From positions 1,426,001 to 1,490,000 of the forward strand of contig NC_086101.1 in the NCBI RefSeq assembly GCF_963921235.1: a stretch of DNA of 64,000 nucleotides. The letters run 5' to 3'. A model generated the notes under the pieces. It saw only the letters and a list, made by a program, of their open reading frames with translations. It was not told the DNA's origin and did no database searches. The position numbers were made by a program, and so were the translations under genes. This DNA comes from Mobula hypostoma. Its lineage: Eukaryota. Shown in pieces: positions 1 to 12,040 of the stretch. Within the stretch, counting starts at the first letter, position 1; every line of letters starts with the position of its first letter.

Positions 1-550
1 CACATCGGGAGGACTGGACGCAGTATATCACCCCAGCCGACTCACAGGTGAAGTGTCACCTCACCTGGAAGGACTGTCTAGGACCCTGAATGGTGGTGAG
101 GGAGGAAGTGTAAGGGCATGTGTAGCACTTGTTCCACTTACAAGGATAAGTGCCAGGAGGGAGATCAGTGGGGAGGGATGGGGGGGACGAATGGACAAGG
201 GAGTCGCGTAGGGAGCGATCCCTGCGGAAAGCAGAGGGGGGGAAGGAAAAATGTGCTTAGTGGTGGGATCTCATTGGAGGTGGTGGAAGTTACGGAGAAT
301 AATATGTTGGATCAGGAGGCTGGTGGGGTGGTAGGTGAGGACCAGGGGATCCCTATTCCTAGCGGGGTGGCGGGAGGATGGGGTGAGAGCAGATGTGTGT
401 GAAATGGGAGAGATGCGTTTGAGAGCAGAGTTGATGGTGGAGGAAGGGAAGCCACTTTCTTTAGAAAAGGAGGACATCTCCTTTGTCCTGGAATGAAAAG
501 CCTGATCCTGAGAGCAGATGCGGCATTGATGGAGGAATTGGAGGAATCCG
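1..550 (-). mobile_element. Penelope-like element fragment (linker and start of GIY-YIG endonuclease)
   Basis: Minus strand reads PLVLTYHP...LRNFHHLQ and PGTYPCKWNKCYTCPY...HFTCESAGVIYC, with stops. Confidence 0.8.
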
Positions 551-1003
551 TTAATGCCCTACCTCCCCTTCGTATCCCATCCCTATCTATCGATTTATTT
601 ATTTTCTCTCCCTTTTCTTTCTCTCTTTTCTCTCCCTCTGTCCCTCTCACTATAACTCCTTGCCCATCCTCTGGGCTCCCCCCCCCCACCTTTCTTTCTC
701 CCTAGGCCTCCCGTCCCATGATCCTCTCCCTTCTCCAGCCTCATATCCCTTTTGCCAATAAACTTTCCAGCTCTTATCTCCATCCCTCCCCCTCCTGTCT
801 TCTCCTATCATTTCGGATCTCCCCCTCCCCCTCCCACTTCCAAATTTCTTACTATCTCTTCTTTCAGTTGGTCCTGATGAAGGGTCTCAACCCAAAACGT
901 CAACTGTACCTCTTCCTATAGATGCTGCCTGGACGGCTGCGTTCACCAGCATTTTGTGTGTGTTGCTTGAATTTCCAGCATCTGCAGATTTCCTCGTGTT
1001 TGC
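550..1003 (+). mobile_element. Penelope-like 3' terminal region, inverted relative to 1-550, with a degenerate hammerhead
   Basis: Pyrimidine-rich tract nearly identical to 52200-52630; ctgatgaagggtctcaacccaaaacgtc near 874-901 has lost the GAAA core. Confidence 0.75.
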
Positions 1004-1245
1004 AACTCCAACTCCTGTACTCAATACTCTGATTTATGAAGGTCAATTTGCCAAAAACTCTCTTTTTGATCCTGTCTACCTGTGACTTGTGTTGGTACTT
1101 AGCTTCCTAAAATAAATCACACATGCGTTTAGATTAAAGCAGCCAGAACTATTTCCTGATGTTATTGATAATCAATTGTTTTGAAAACTTTGGGTAATGA
1201 CATTTTTAATTAATTTACTAAACTCAATCAATTTCTGTCTTACAG

Positions 1246-1602
1246 CTTTTGCGCAAAATATGGCAGAAATTCCAAAACCAAAAAAATACATTTTTGCAAC
1301 TGTTTCTGACTCCATTTTATTAACTGGAAATATCAAAGAAGTTAAAAATGACCAAATAATCCATTGGTCATACATTGACCGTTTACAAAAGTCACTAATG
1401 TTATTTCATTCTGTTGGTGTTGATTCTCCAACTTTATCTCCATATTATCAACATCGTTGTACATACTATGCCATCAATGCTAGCTTGGAGCTGCGAAACT
1501 TGGAGATTACTGACAGTGGTATTTATCAACTCAGTGTGGAACGATATTACACCGCTACACCGGACAAGATGTTCATTTACTCTGTATTCCTCAATGTTGA
1601 AG
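1246..1602 (+). CDS. Exon A: IgV-type N domain (CD2/SLAM/CEACAM-like, no B-F disulfide) of an Ig-superfamily membrane protein
   Basis: Acceptor tttctgtcttacag ends 1245; donor GAAG|gtatga at 1603; phase 1-1, 357 nt. Translation has IIHWSY (C-strand Trp) and NASLELRNLEITDSGIYQLSV (E/F strands, DxGxY motif without Cys), ending FLNVE. Confidence 0.9.
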
Positions 1603-2363
1603 GTATGAACTCTTACTTTGCTAAGTTGTATTAAATCAAGAGTTACAATAATTTATTGGGATCTACCTTACTAACATCTGACTTTCTTGTTCTTCTGAGT
1701 TGGTTTCCCTGATTCGCCCATACTTAACACTTGCAAAAAAAAACTTGCACATTCTTCCGCTAGTACACATGTACACATACTAAAAAGATATAAAGAAGCA
1801 TAAGACAGATGTTGAAAACAAAAAAAAATTGAGGATGCTCAACAAGAATGTCGAAAGAGTCGCACAGTATGTAAAGAGAAATTTAGCATCTCCTCCAGCT
1901 CTGCCATTGTGCTACCCTTAAATTTTGCTTGCTCTTTCCTCCGGTCATTCTCACCTTCTCTCATGCCTTATTCATTTTACTTCACTTTCTCAGTACCTTT
2001 TGTTGAAACCTCTCTCATTCATTATGTCTAATGCCCATACTTTCACTCCAACTCTCACTCTTGTGTGTCTTGGTTCCTTATACTCTCAGGCAAGGATATA
2101 AAAATTAGCACAGACGCAGAAAATAATATAGAGGAACAGGAAGCAATTGTAGTGAAAATTGTATTTTGGTCTTTATTATAAAAGGTTTAAATACTAAAAG
2201 AGATTTGATAAGTCTTCATTTGGAGAAAGGGCCACAGTTTTTTTCCAGTACCTAAAGAACTAAATATTTATCTTGCGTATAATGTGGAAAAGATTTAAAC
2301 AGATTACTGAGATCCGAATCGGGTTTAATATCACCAGCATATGTTATGAAATTTGATAACTGC

Positions 2364-3885
2364 AAGTATATGTAAGGATGACTTACAGCGGACTGGAAAG
2401 CTTGAGCATGTAGATATTAAGAAAGAGGATGTGCTGGAGCTTTCGGAAAGCATCAAGTTGGGTAAGTCACCGGGACCGGACGAGATGTACCCCAGGCTAC
2501 TGTGGGAGGCAAGGGAGGAGATTGCTGAGCCTATGGCGATGATCTTTGCATCATCAATGGGGATGGGAGAGGTTCTGGAGCATTGGAGGGTTGCGGACGT
2601 TTTTCCATTATTCAAGAAGGGAAGTAGAGATAGCCCAGGAAATTATAGACCAGTGAGTCTTACTTCAGTGGTTGATAAGTTGATAGAGAAGATCCTGAGA
2701 GGCAGGATTATGAACGTTTGGAGAGGCATAATATGATTAGGAATAGTCAGCATGGCTTTGTCAAAGGCAGGTCATGCCTTACGAGCCTGATTGAATTTTT
2801 TGAGGATATGACTAAGCACATTGATGAAGGTAGAGCCGTAGATGTAGTGTTTATGGATTTCAGCAAGGCATTTGATAAGGTACCCCCATGCAAGGCTTAT
2901 TGAGAAAGTAAGGAAGCATGGGATCCAAGGGGGCATTACTTTGTGGATCTAGAAGTGGCTTGCTCATGGAAGGCGAAGAGTGGTTTGAGATGGGTGATAT
3001 TCTGTATGGAGGTCGGTGACCAGTGACGTGCCTCAGGGATCTGTTCTGGGACCCCTACTCTTCGTGATTTTTATAAATGACCTGGATGAAGAGCAGAGGT
3101 AAGAGGGAATCTGGGCCACAGACTGCAGCGAAGGGCTCATCCGTGCGTATGATTAAGGCACAAGTTGATCGTTTCCTGATTGGCCAGGGCATCAAAGGAT
3201 ATGTCAAGAAGGCAAGTGTATGGGGTTGAGTGGGATTTCTGTGATCAGTCATGAGGGAAAGGGAGAGCAGACTCAATGGGATGAATGACCTAATTCTGCT
3301 CCTATATCTATGTGTATATAGAAACATAGAACACCTACAGCACAATACAGGCTGTTCAGCCCACAAAACTGTGCCGAACACGTCCTTACCTTAGAAAATA
3401 CCTAGGGTTACCCACAGCCCTCTATTTTTCTGAACTCCATGTACCTATCCAGGAGTCTCTTAAAAGACCCTATCGTATCCGCCTCCACCAGCGTCACCGG
3501 CAGCCTATTCCATACACTCACCACTCTCTGCGTAAGAACCTTACCCCTGGTATCTCCTCTGTACCGACTTCCAAGCACCTTAAAACTCTGCCCTCTCGTG
3601 TTAGCCATTTCAGCCCTGGGAAAAAGCCTTTGACTATCCACACAATCAATGATGATCTTGTACACCTCTGTCAGGTCACCTCATCCTCCATCGCTCCAAG
3701 GAAAAAAGGCCGAGTTCACTCAGCCTATTCTCATAAGGCATGTTCCCCAATCCAGGCAACATACTTGTAAGTTTCCTCCGCACCCTTCCTATGGTGTCCA
3801 CGTCCTTCCTATAGTGAGGCGACCAGAACTGAGCACAGTATTCCAAGTGGAGTCTGACCAGGGTCCTATATAGCTGCAACATTAA
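2364..3885. mobile_element. Cluster of CR1 fragments (+ RT piece, + 3' end, - 3' end)
   Basis: [21 protein letters not shown] and DFSKAFDKV motifs; tail repeat (tagaaaca)n. Confidence 0.85.
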
Positions 3886-3889
3886 TGAT

Positions 3890-6800
3890 AACTCTAATGA
3901 TAAATCACTAGAAAGAAAGGACATAGGATCAGAAGAGGTAGAATCCTTATGGGTCAAGTTAAGAAATGGCAAGGGTAAAAAGACACTAATAGCAGTTACA
4001 TACAGGCCTCCAAACCAGCTGGGATGTGGACTACAAGTTACAGCTGGAAATAGAAAAAACATGTCAGAAGGAAAATGTCAAGATAATTATGGGGGATTTT
4101 AATGTGAAAGTGGATTGGGAAAGTAGGGAAGGTAATGGATCTCAGGAGAGGCAGTTTGTAGAATGCCTACAGGATGGCTTTTTGGAGCAACTTGTCCAGA
4201 AGCCCACCAGGGGACCGGCTGTTTTGCATTGGGTGCTGTGTAATGAACCTGAGGCAATTAGGGAGCTGGAGGTAAAGGAACCCCTTGGAATTAGTGATCA
4301 TAATATGATTGAGTTCAGTTTCAAATTTGAAAAGGAGAAGCTGGTATCAGGTGTATCGATATTTCAGTGGAACAAAGAAAATTAGAGTGGTATGAGAGAG
4401 GAACTGGCCCAAGTCGATTGGAAAAGTAAGCTAGATGGAGGGACGGTAGAGCAGAATTGGATGAAATTCCTACAAGAAATAAGGAAAAATATATTCCAAG
4501 AAAAAAGAAAATCATGAATGGAAAAATGGCACAAATGTGGCTAATGAGAGAGGTTAAGGCAAAAATAAAAACAAAAGAGATGGCGTACAAGGAAGCAAAA
4601 ATTAGTGTGAAAACTGAGGACTGGACGACTTTTAAAAACTTACAGAAGGAAACTAAGAAAGTTATTAGGAAAGAAAAGATGAATTATGAAAGGAAGTTGG
4701 CAATTAACATAAAAAAGGATACTAAGAGTTATATGAAAAGTAAAAGAGTGACACGAGTAGATATAGGACTGATTGAAAATGATGCTGGAGAAATTATAAT
4801 GGGTAACAAAGAGATGGCAGAGGAACCAAATGAGTATTTTGCATCAGACTTCATAGTGGAAGACATTGGAAAAAGAAAAAGATTGGTTAAGACAAATGTC
4901 GGTCCCCTACAGACAGAAACAGGTGAATTGATTATGGGGAGCAAGGACATGGCAGAGCAATTGAATAATTACTTTGGTTCTGTCTTCACTAAGGAGGACA
5001 TAAATAATCTTCCGGAAATACTAGGGGACAGAGGGTCCAGTGAGATGGAGGAACTGGGGGAAATACATGTTAGTAGGGAAGTGGTGTTGGGTAAATTGAA
5101 GGGATTAAAGGCAGATAAATCCCCAAGGCCAGATGGTCTGCATCCCAGAGTGCTTAAGGAAGTAGCCCAAGAAATAGTGGATGCATTAGTGATAATTTTT
5201 CAAAACTCTTTAGATTCTGGACTAGTTCCTGAGGATTGGAGGGTGGCTAATGTAACTCCACTTTTTAAAAAAGGAGGGAGAGAGAAACCAGGGAATTATA
5301 GACCGGTTAGCCTAACATCGGTGGTGGGGAAGCTGCTGGAGTCAGTTATCAAAGATGTGATAACAGCACATTTGGAAAGCGGTGATATCATCGGACAAAG
5401 TCAGCATGGATTTGTGAAAGGAAAATCATGTCTGACGAATCTCATAGAATTTTTTGAGGATGTAACTAGTAGAGTGGATAGGGGAGAACCAGTGGATGTG
5501 GTATATTTGGATTTTCAAAAGGCTTTTGACAAGGTCCCACACAGGAGATTAGTGTGCAAACTTAAAGCACACGGTGTTGGGGGTAAGGTATTGGTGTGGA
5601 CAGAGAGTTGGTTGGCAGACAGGAAGCAAAGAGTGGGAATAAACGGGACCTTTTCAGAATGGCAGGCAGTGACTAGTGGGGTACCGCAAGGCTCAGTGCT
5701 GGGACCCCAGTTGTTTACAATATATATTAATGACTTGGATGAGGGAATTAAATGCAGCATCTCCAAGTTTGCGGATGACACGAAGCTGGGTGGCAGTGTT
5801 GGCTGTGAGGAGGATGCTAAGAGGATGCAGGGTGACTTGGATAGGTTAGGTGAGTGGGCAAATTCATGGCAGATGCAATTTAATGTGGATAAATGTAAAG
5901 TTATCCACTTTGGTGGCAAAAACAGGAAAACAGATTATTATCTGAATGGTGGCCGATTAGGAAAAGGGAAGATGCAACGAGACCTGGGTGTCATTATACA
6001 CCAGTCATTGAAAGTGGGCATGCAGGTACAGCAGGCAGTGAAAAAGGCGAATGGTATGCTGGCATTTATAGCAAGAGGATTCGAGTACAGGAGCAGGGAG
6101 GTACTACTGCAGTTGTACAAGGCCTTGGTGAGACCACACCTGGAGTATTGTGTGCAGATTTGGTCCCCTAATCTGAGGAAAGACATCCTTGCCATAGAGG
6201 GAGTACAAAGAAGGTTCACCAGATTGATTCCTGGGATGGCAGGACTTTCATATGATGAAAGACTGGATGAACTAGGCTTATACTCGTTGGAATTTAGAAG
6301 ATTGAGGGGGGATCTGATTGAAATGTATAAAATCCTAAAGGGATTGGACAGGCTAGATGCAGGAAGATTGTTCCCGATGTTGGGGAAGTCCAGAACGAGG
6401 GGTCACAGTTTGAGGATAAAGGGGAAGCCTTTTAGGACCGAGATTAGGAAAAACTTCTTCACACAGAGAGTGGTGGATCTGTGCAATTCTCTGCCACAGG
6501 CAACAGTTGAGGCCAGTTCATTGGCTATATTTAAGAGGGAGTTAGATATGGCCCTTGTGGCTACGGGGATCAGGGGGTATGGAGGGAAGGCTGGTACAGG
6601 GTTCTGAGTTGGATGATCAGCCATGATCATACTGAATGGCGGTGCAGGCTCAAAGGGCCGAATGGCCTACTCCTGCACCTATTTTCTATGTTTCTATTAG
6701 CAACATACCTGATAGCCAGAGGTCTTAGGGAATAGAATTAGGTACAGTCAAGATTACTAGAGAGAAAGTGCTTGGGAAGCTAAAAGGACTAAGAATAGAT

Positions 6801-8310
6801 AAGTCTCCTGGACCAGATGAGGTGCACCCACGGGTTCTGAGGAGGTGGCTTTGCAGATTGTGGAGGCATTGGAAATGATCTTCCAGGAATCAATAGACTC
6901 TGGCATGGTTCTGGAGGACTGGAAAGTCGCAAATGTAGTTCCGCTGTTTAAGAAAGGAGGGAGGCAGCAAAAAGAAAGTTACAGACCTATTAGTCTGACA
7001 TCGGTAGTTGGAAAGTTATTGGAGTCGATCCTCTAGGATGAGGTTATGAAAATGGTTTCATGAAGGGAAGATCCTGCTTCACCAACCTATTGGAATTTTT
7101 TGAGGTAATCTCAAATAGGATTGACAAGGGAGAGGCTGTGGATGTTGTGTATTTGTATTTTAAGGTGCCACATAAGAGGCTGCTTAATAAGATGAGAGCC
7201 CATGTAATTACAGGAAAGGTATTGGAATGGGTGGAGCATTGGCTGATAGGCAGAAAGCAAAGGGTGGGAATAAAGGGATCCTATTTTGATTGGTTGCTGG
7301 TTACTAGTGGTGTTCTGCAGGGGTTAGTGTTGGGGCCGTTTCTTTTTACAATGTATATTGATGATCTAGATTATGGATTAAATGGTTTTGTGGCTAAGTT
7401 TGCGGATGACGCCAAGATAGGTGGAGGAGCAGGAAGTGTTGAAGAAATGGAAAGGTTGCAGAGAGACTTGGTCAGTTTAGTAGAGTGGGCAAAGAAATAG
7501 CAGATGAGATACAATGTTGAGAAATGTATGGTTGTACATTTTGGAAGAAGAAATAATAGGGCAGATTATTAGTTAGATGGGGAGAAAATTCAAAAATCGG
7601 AAGTGCAAAGGGACTTGGGGGTCCTCGTGCAGGATACCCTAAAGGTTAACCACCAGGTTGGATCGGCAGTAAGGAAAGCGAATGCTATGTTGGCATTCAA
7701 TTCAAGAGGAATAGTGTATAAAAGTAAGGAGGTGTTGATGAGGCTCTATGGGGCACTGGTGAGACCTCATTTGGAATACCGTGTGCAGTTTTGGGCCCCC
7801 TATCTTAGAAGGGATGTTCTGATGTTGGAGAGAGTTCAGAGAGGATTTACGAGGATGATTCCTGGAATGCAGGGGCTAACATATGAGGAGCGTTTGTCGG
7901 CTCTTGGACTGTATTCATTAGAGTATAGAAGAATGAGAGGGGATCTCAGAGAAACATTTCGAATGTTGAAAGGGTTGGACAGAGTAGATGTGGAAAGGCT
8001 GTTTCCCTTGGTGGGTGAGTCCAGGACAAGAGGCCACAGTCTTAGAATTAGAGGGTACTCATTTAAAACAGAGATGAGGAGAAATTTTTTTAGCCAGAGG
8101 GTCATGGATCTATGGAATTCATTGCCACATACAGCTGTGGAGGCCCGATCATTGAGGGTGTTTAAGGAGGAGATTGACAGATATCTAATTAGTCAGGGTA
8201 TCAAGGGATATGGGGAAAAAGCCGGAAATTGGAACTAGACGGGAGAATAGTATAGCTCATGGTGGAGTGGCGGAGCAGACTTGATGGGTCGAATGGCCTA
8301 CTTCTGTTCC
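3890..8310 (+). mobile_element. Decayed CR1 ORF2 (APE endonuclease and RT), host of a younger CR1
   Basis: MGDFN and SDHNMI endonuclease motifs; RT motifs at 6845-8238 with stops and frameshifts; host sequence resumes at about 6696. Confidence 0.85.
4868..6695 (+). mobile_element. Young 5'-truncated CR1 with uninterrupted RT frame
   Basis: Open frame to the stop at 6607 with QGSVLGP and KFADDT; short 3' UTR and ctattttctatgtttct tail; splits host gaagacatt|agcaac. Confidence 0.9.
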
Positions 8311-8319
8311 TTTGTCTTG

Positions 8320-9010
8320 TGTGAAAATGGTTTTGAGAGTCCTCGTATTCCCTAGAGTTAGTTTGCATTTTGAATCTGCAGTGAGGAAGGCAAATGGGAC
8401 GTTAGCATTCATGTTAAGAGGACTAGAATATAAGAGCAAGGATGTAATCTTGAAAGCACTGGTGTGGCCTCAGTTGGAGTATTGTGAGGTGTTTTGGGCC
8501 CTTTTTCTAAGAAAGAATGTGCTGACATTGGAGAGGATTCAAAGGAGGTTCATGAAAATGATTCCAGGCTTGAATTGCATGTCATGTGAGGAGTGTTTGA
8601 TGACTCTGAGCCTCTACTCACTAGAATTCAGAAGAATGAGAGGTGATCTCAATGAAACATATCAAATGTTGAAATGTCTAGATAGAGTGGATGTGGAGAA
8701 GATGTTTCCTGTGGTGGTCAAGTCTAAGATCAGAGGATACAGCCTCAGAATTAAGGGGTATCCTTTTATGAAAGGACATGAAGTGGAATTTCTTTCACCA
8801 GAGAGTGGTGAATCTGTGTAATTTGTTGCCTCTGGCAGCAGTGGAAGCCAAGTCACTGGGTATTTTTAAGGAAGGGTTTGGTAGATTCTTGATTAGTCAG
8901 GGCATGAAGGCAAGAGATTGAGGCTGAGAGGGAAATGGATCAGCCATGATGAAATGATGGAGCAGACTCGATCAACCAAATTCTGTTCCTGTATCTTATG
9001 TTTTTCTGGT
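8320..9010 (+). mobile_element. CR1 3' fragment
   Basis: PQLEYC...LERIQRRFMKMIPG...RMRGDL C-terminal motifs. Confidence 0.8.
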
Positions 9011-9141
9011 TTTATGGAATGGAGGGGATGGGCCAAAAGGCCTGTTTCCGTGCTGTACTTTTCTGTAACTCTGTGTAATGACCCAGATTTGATTCGGAAG
9101 CCAAAGGTAAAGGAGCCCTTGGGAGTCAATGGTGATAATAT

Positions 9142-9794
9142 TAGATTAGATTAGACTATGAGGCCACTCAGTCCTCATTTATTGTCATTTAAAAATGCAT
9201 GCATTAAGAAATGATACAATGTTCTTCCAGAGTGATATCACAAAAAAAACAGGACAAACCAAAGACTAACACCGACAAGACCACATAATTATAACATATA
9301 GTTACAGCAGTGCAAAACAATACCATAATTTGATAAAGAGCAGACCATGGGCACGGTAAAAAAAAGTCTCACAGTTCCGATTGACTCCCGATAGTCCCGA
9401 TAGCAGGCAGCAAAAGGGAGAAACTCTCCCTGCCATAAACCTCCAGGTGCCGACAACTGCCGGTGCATTGGAAGCACCCGACCACAGCCGACTCTGAGTC
9501 TGTCCGAAAACTTTGAGCCTCTGACCAGCCCCTCTGATACAGCCTCCTGAGCATCATTCTCTGCCGAGCGCTTCAACCCCACCCTGACCGCTGAGCAACA
9601 AGCAAAGCCGAGGACTCGGGGCCTTTTCCGGAGATTCTGGATCACACAGTAGCAGCGGCAGCGAAGCGGACATTTCAGAAGTTTCACCAGATGTTCTTCC
9701 GTGCTCTCACGTCTGTCTCCATCAAATCTGGATTGTGCACGGCCTCCTACTTGACAAATAACAGATATCATTCACCGGAGTGGCCACTGCGCGC
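9142..9794 (-). mobile_element. Non-autonomous retroposon (about 650 bp) with (TCTAA)n tail, copy 1
   Basis: TSD TAATAT at 9136-9141 and 9795-9800; reverse-complement similarity to 15770-16443. Confidence 0.75.
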
Positions 9795-9809
9795 TAATAT
9801 GATAGAATT

Positions 9810-10330
9810 CGAAAGTTCAAATTTGAATATAAATTTATTATCGAAGTACATATATGTCATAACAGGGAACCATTGCTCCTTGCGAGCATACTCAGTAAAT
9901 ACAATAGAATCAATGGAAGACCTCACCTAACAGGGTGGCAAAGAACCAGTGTTTAAAAGAGAACAAACTGTACAAATGTAAAAAGAAGAATAAAAATGAA
10001 ATATTAATAATAAATGAGCTATACATATGAAGAACATGAGATGAAGAGCCTTGTGCGATAGTTGATAGGTTGTGGGAACAGTCCAGTGGTGGGGTGCGTG
10101 AAATTGAGTTTGAGGGTTGAGGAGTAATAACTGTCCATGAACCTGATGGTGTGAGTCCTGGTGCTCCTGTAGCAGCTTCTTACTGATGGCACCAGTGAGA
10201 AGACAGCATGGCCTGGACGGTAGAGGCCCTCAATGATGAATGCTGTGTTCATGTGCTGGTACTTGGTGTAGATTTACTAAATGGTAGAAAGACCTTTATT
10301 CATGATAGACTGGCTATATCTATCATTTTT
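9810..10330 (-). mobile_element. Old Rex1/Babar-like 3' fragment
   Basis: RPGHAVFSLVPS...RSTRTHTIRFMDSYY resembles the Rex1-type C-terminus. Confidence 0.55.
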
Positions 10331-10359
10331 TAATACTCTTTTCTGTATAAGGGCATCGT

Positions 10360-11795
10360 GAACAATTTTGGGCCCTTCATCTTAGAAAAGATGTGCTGGC
10401 GTTGGAGAGGGTCCAGAGGAGATTCACAAGGATGATTCCAAGAATGAAAGGGTTACCATGTGAGGAACATGAGATGGTTCTGGGTCTGTATTCGCTGGAA
10501 TTCAGAAAGATGGGGGGGGGGGTGGATCTCATTGAAATCTTTCGAATGTTGAAAGGCCTAGACAGAGTAGATGTGGAAAGGATGTTTCCCATGGTGGGAG
10601 AGTCTAGGACAAGAGGGCACAGCCTCAGGATAGAGGGGCATCCATATAAAACAGAGATGTAGAGAAATTTCTTTAGTCAGAGGGTGCTGAACTTCGGATG
10701 TTTCAAAAAGGACAGGGAGGGAGGCAAAAAAGGTAGGGATGTGGGACCAATGGCTGCCTACTACATTGTGGGTGGAAGTCAGAAACAGGAAGGGGGAAAT
10801 CACTCTACTGTGTGCTTTTTATAGACCCCACCCCCCAATAACAACAGAGACATCGAGGAGCAGATCAGGAGGCAGATTCTGGAATGGTGTAATAATAATA
10901 GGGTTGTTGTGTTGGGTGATTTTTGACTTTCCTAATATTGAATTACATCTCCTTAGAGCAAGGGGTTTAGATGGGGTAGTGTTTTTTAGGTGTGTTCCGG
11001 AAGGTTTCCTGACACAATATCTAGATAAGCCAACTAGAGGAGAGGCTGTACTTGATCTGGTACTGGGAAATGAACCTGGTCAGATGTCAGATCTCTCAGT
11101 GGGAGAGCATTCTGGAGGTAGTGATCACAATTCTATCTCCTTTGTCATAGCGCTGGAAAGGGATAGGAGCAGACAATTTGGGATAACATTTAATTGTGGT
11201 AGGGCAAATAAGATGCTGTGTGGTAAGAAATTGGGAGCAGATTTTCTCAGGGAAATGCATAGCAGAAATGTGGCAAATATTCAGGGAACATTTGCCAGGT
11301 GTTCTGCATAGGTATTGTGGCAAGCATTTGGTTCATAATGACAGACAAGGAAGCTCTTTAACTCAACAACAGTTTTATTGTGATAGACAGAAGACAGACC
11401 AGGCACCATGACCCGAAGAGTGAACCCAGCCAGTCTCACATAGTTAGGGTGACCCACAAATACACAAGCAAATAATTGTATAACCTAAGGTAAAATGTCA
11501 CAATAAACCACTGGAACTTCCCACCATAATCCCACAAAAGCTTTTTAACACAAGAACAATAAACGGTACTGGTCAGTAGAAATGCAGGGGCAGGCTGTCG
11601 ACCATGCTCTCACCCAGAACGTCACAGTATGTTCCACTGAGGCAGGGAAAGGATGGTACGGTAAAAGAACCATGGTGTAGAAAGGATGTAGAAAATCTAG
11701 TCAAGAAGAAAAGAAAAGCTTATGAAAGCTTCAAGAAACTAGGTACTTTTAGAGCTCTAGAAAATTACACAGGTGCCGGGAAGGAGTTCAAGAAA
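10360..11795 (+). mobile_element. CR1 fragments (3' RT piece, then endonuclease region)
   Basis: LERVQRRFTRMIP; WVEVRNRKG, LDLVLGNE and SDHNSI motifs. Confidence 0.8.
11316..11626 (-). mobile_element. Solo LTR (311 bp)
   Basis: TGTGGC...GTCACA ends; 4-bp TSD GTAT (11312-11315, 11627-11630); AATAAA on minus strand near 11375; interrupts a CR1. Confidence 0.75.
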
Positions 11796-12040
11796 CTCTC
11801 AGAAATATATGCCACATCAGGAATGAAAGCCTGGGATAGGATCATATCTGAATTGGGACAAGACTTAGACTGGGATGCGATTTGGGATAATGCTGCCGGT
11901 GCTTCGACAAACCCAAATCATCGGTATATGCACTTGAAATGTTGTCATAGAGCATATTTAACACGAGAATTAGACATCAAATGGGACTGGTTCCTGACCC
12001 ATATTGCTCATTTTGCCCCCATGGAACCATTGGCTCTTTT
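11795..12040 (+). mobile_element. L1-clade ORF2 C-terminal fragment
   Basis: LDWDAIW...HLKCCHRAYLT, then after a frameshift RIRHQMGLVPDPYCSFCP (Cys-rich region). Confidence 0.6.

Noticed and set aside
870..906. Functional hammerhead
   Set aside because: GAAA core mutated to AAAA; similar decayed motifs near 29025 and 63880.
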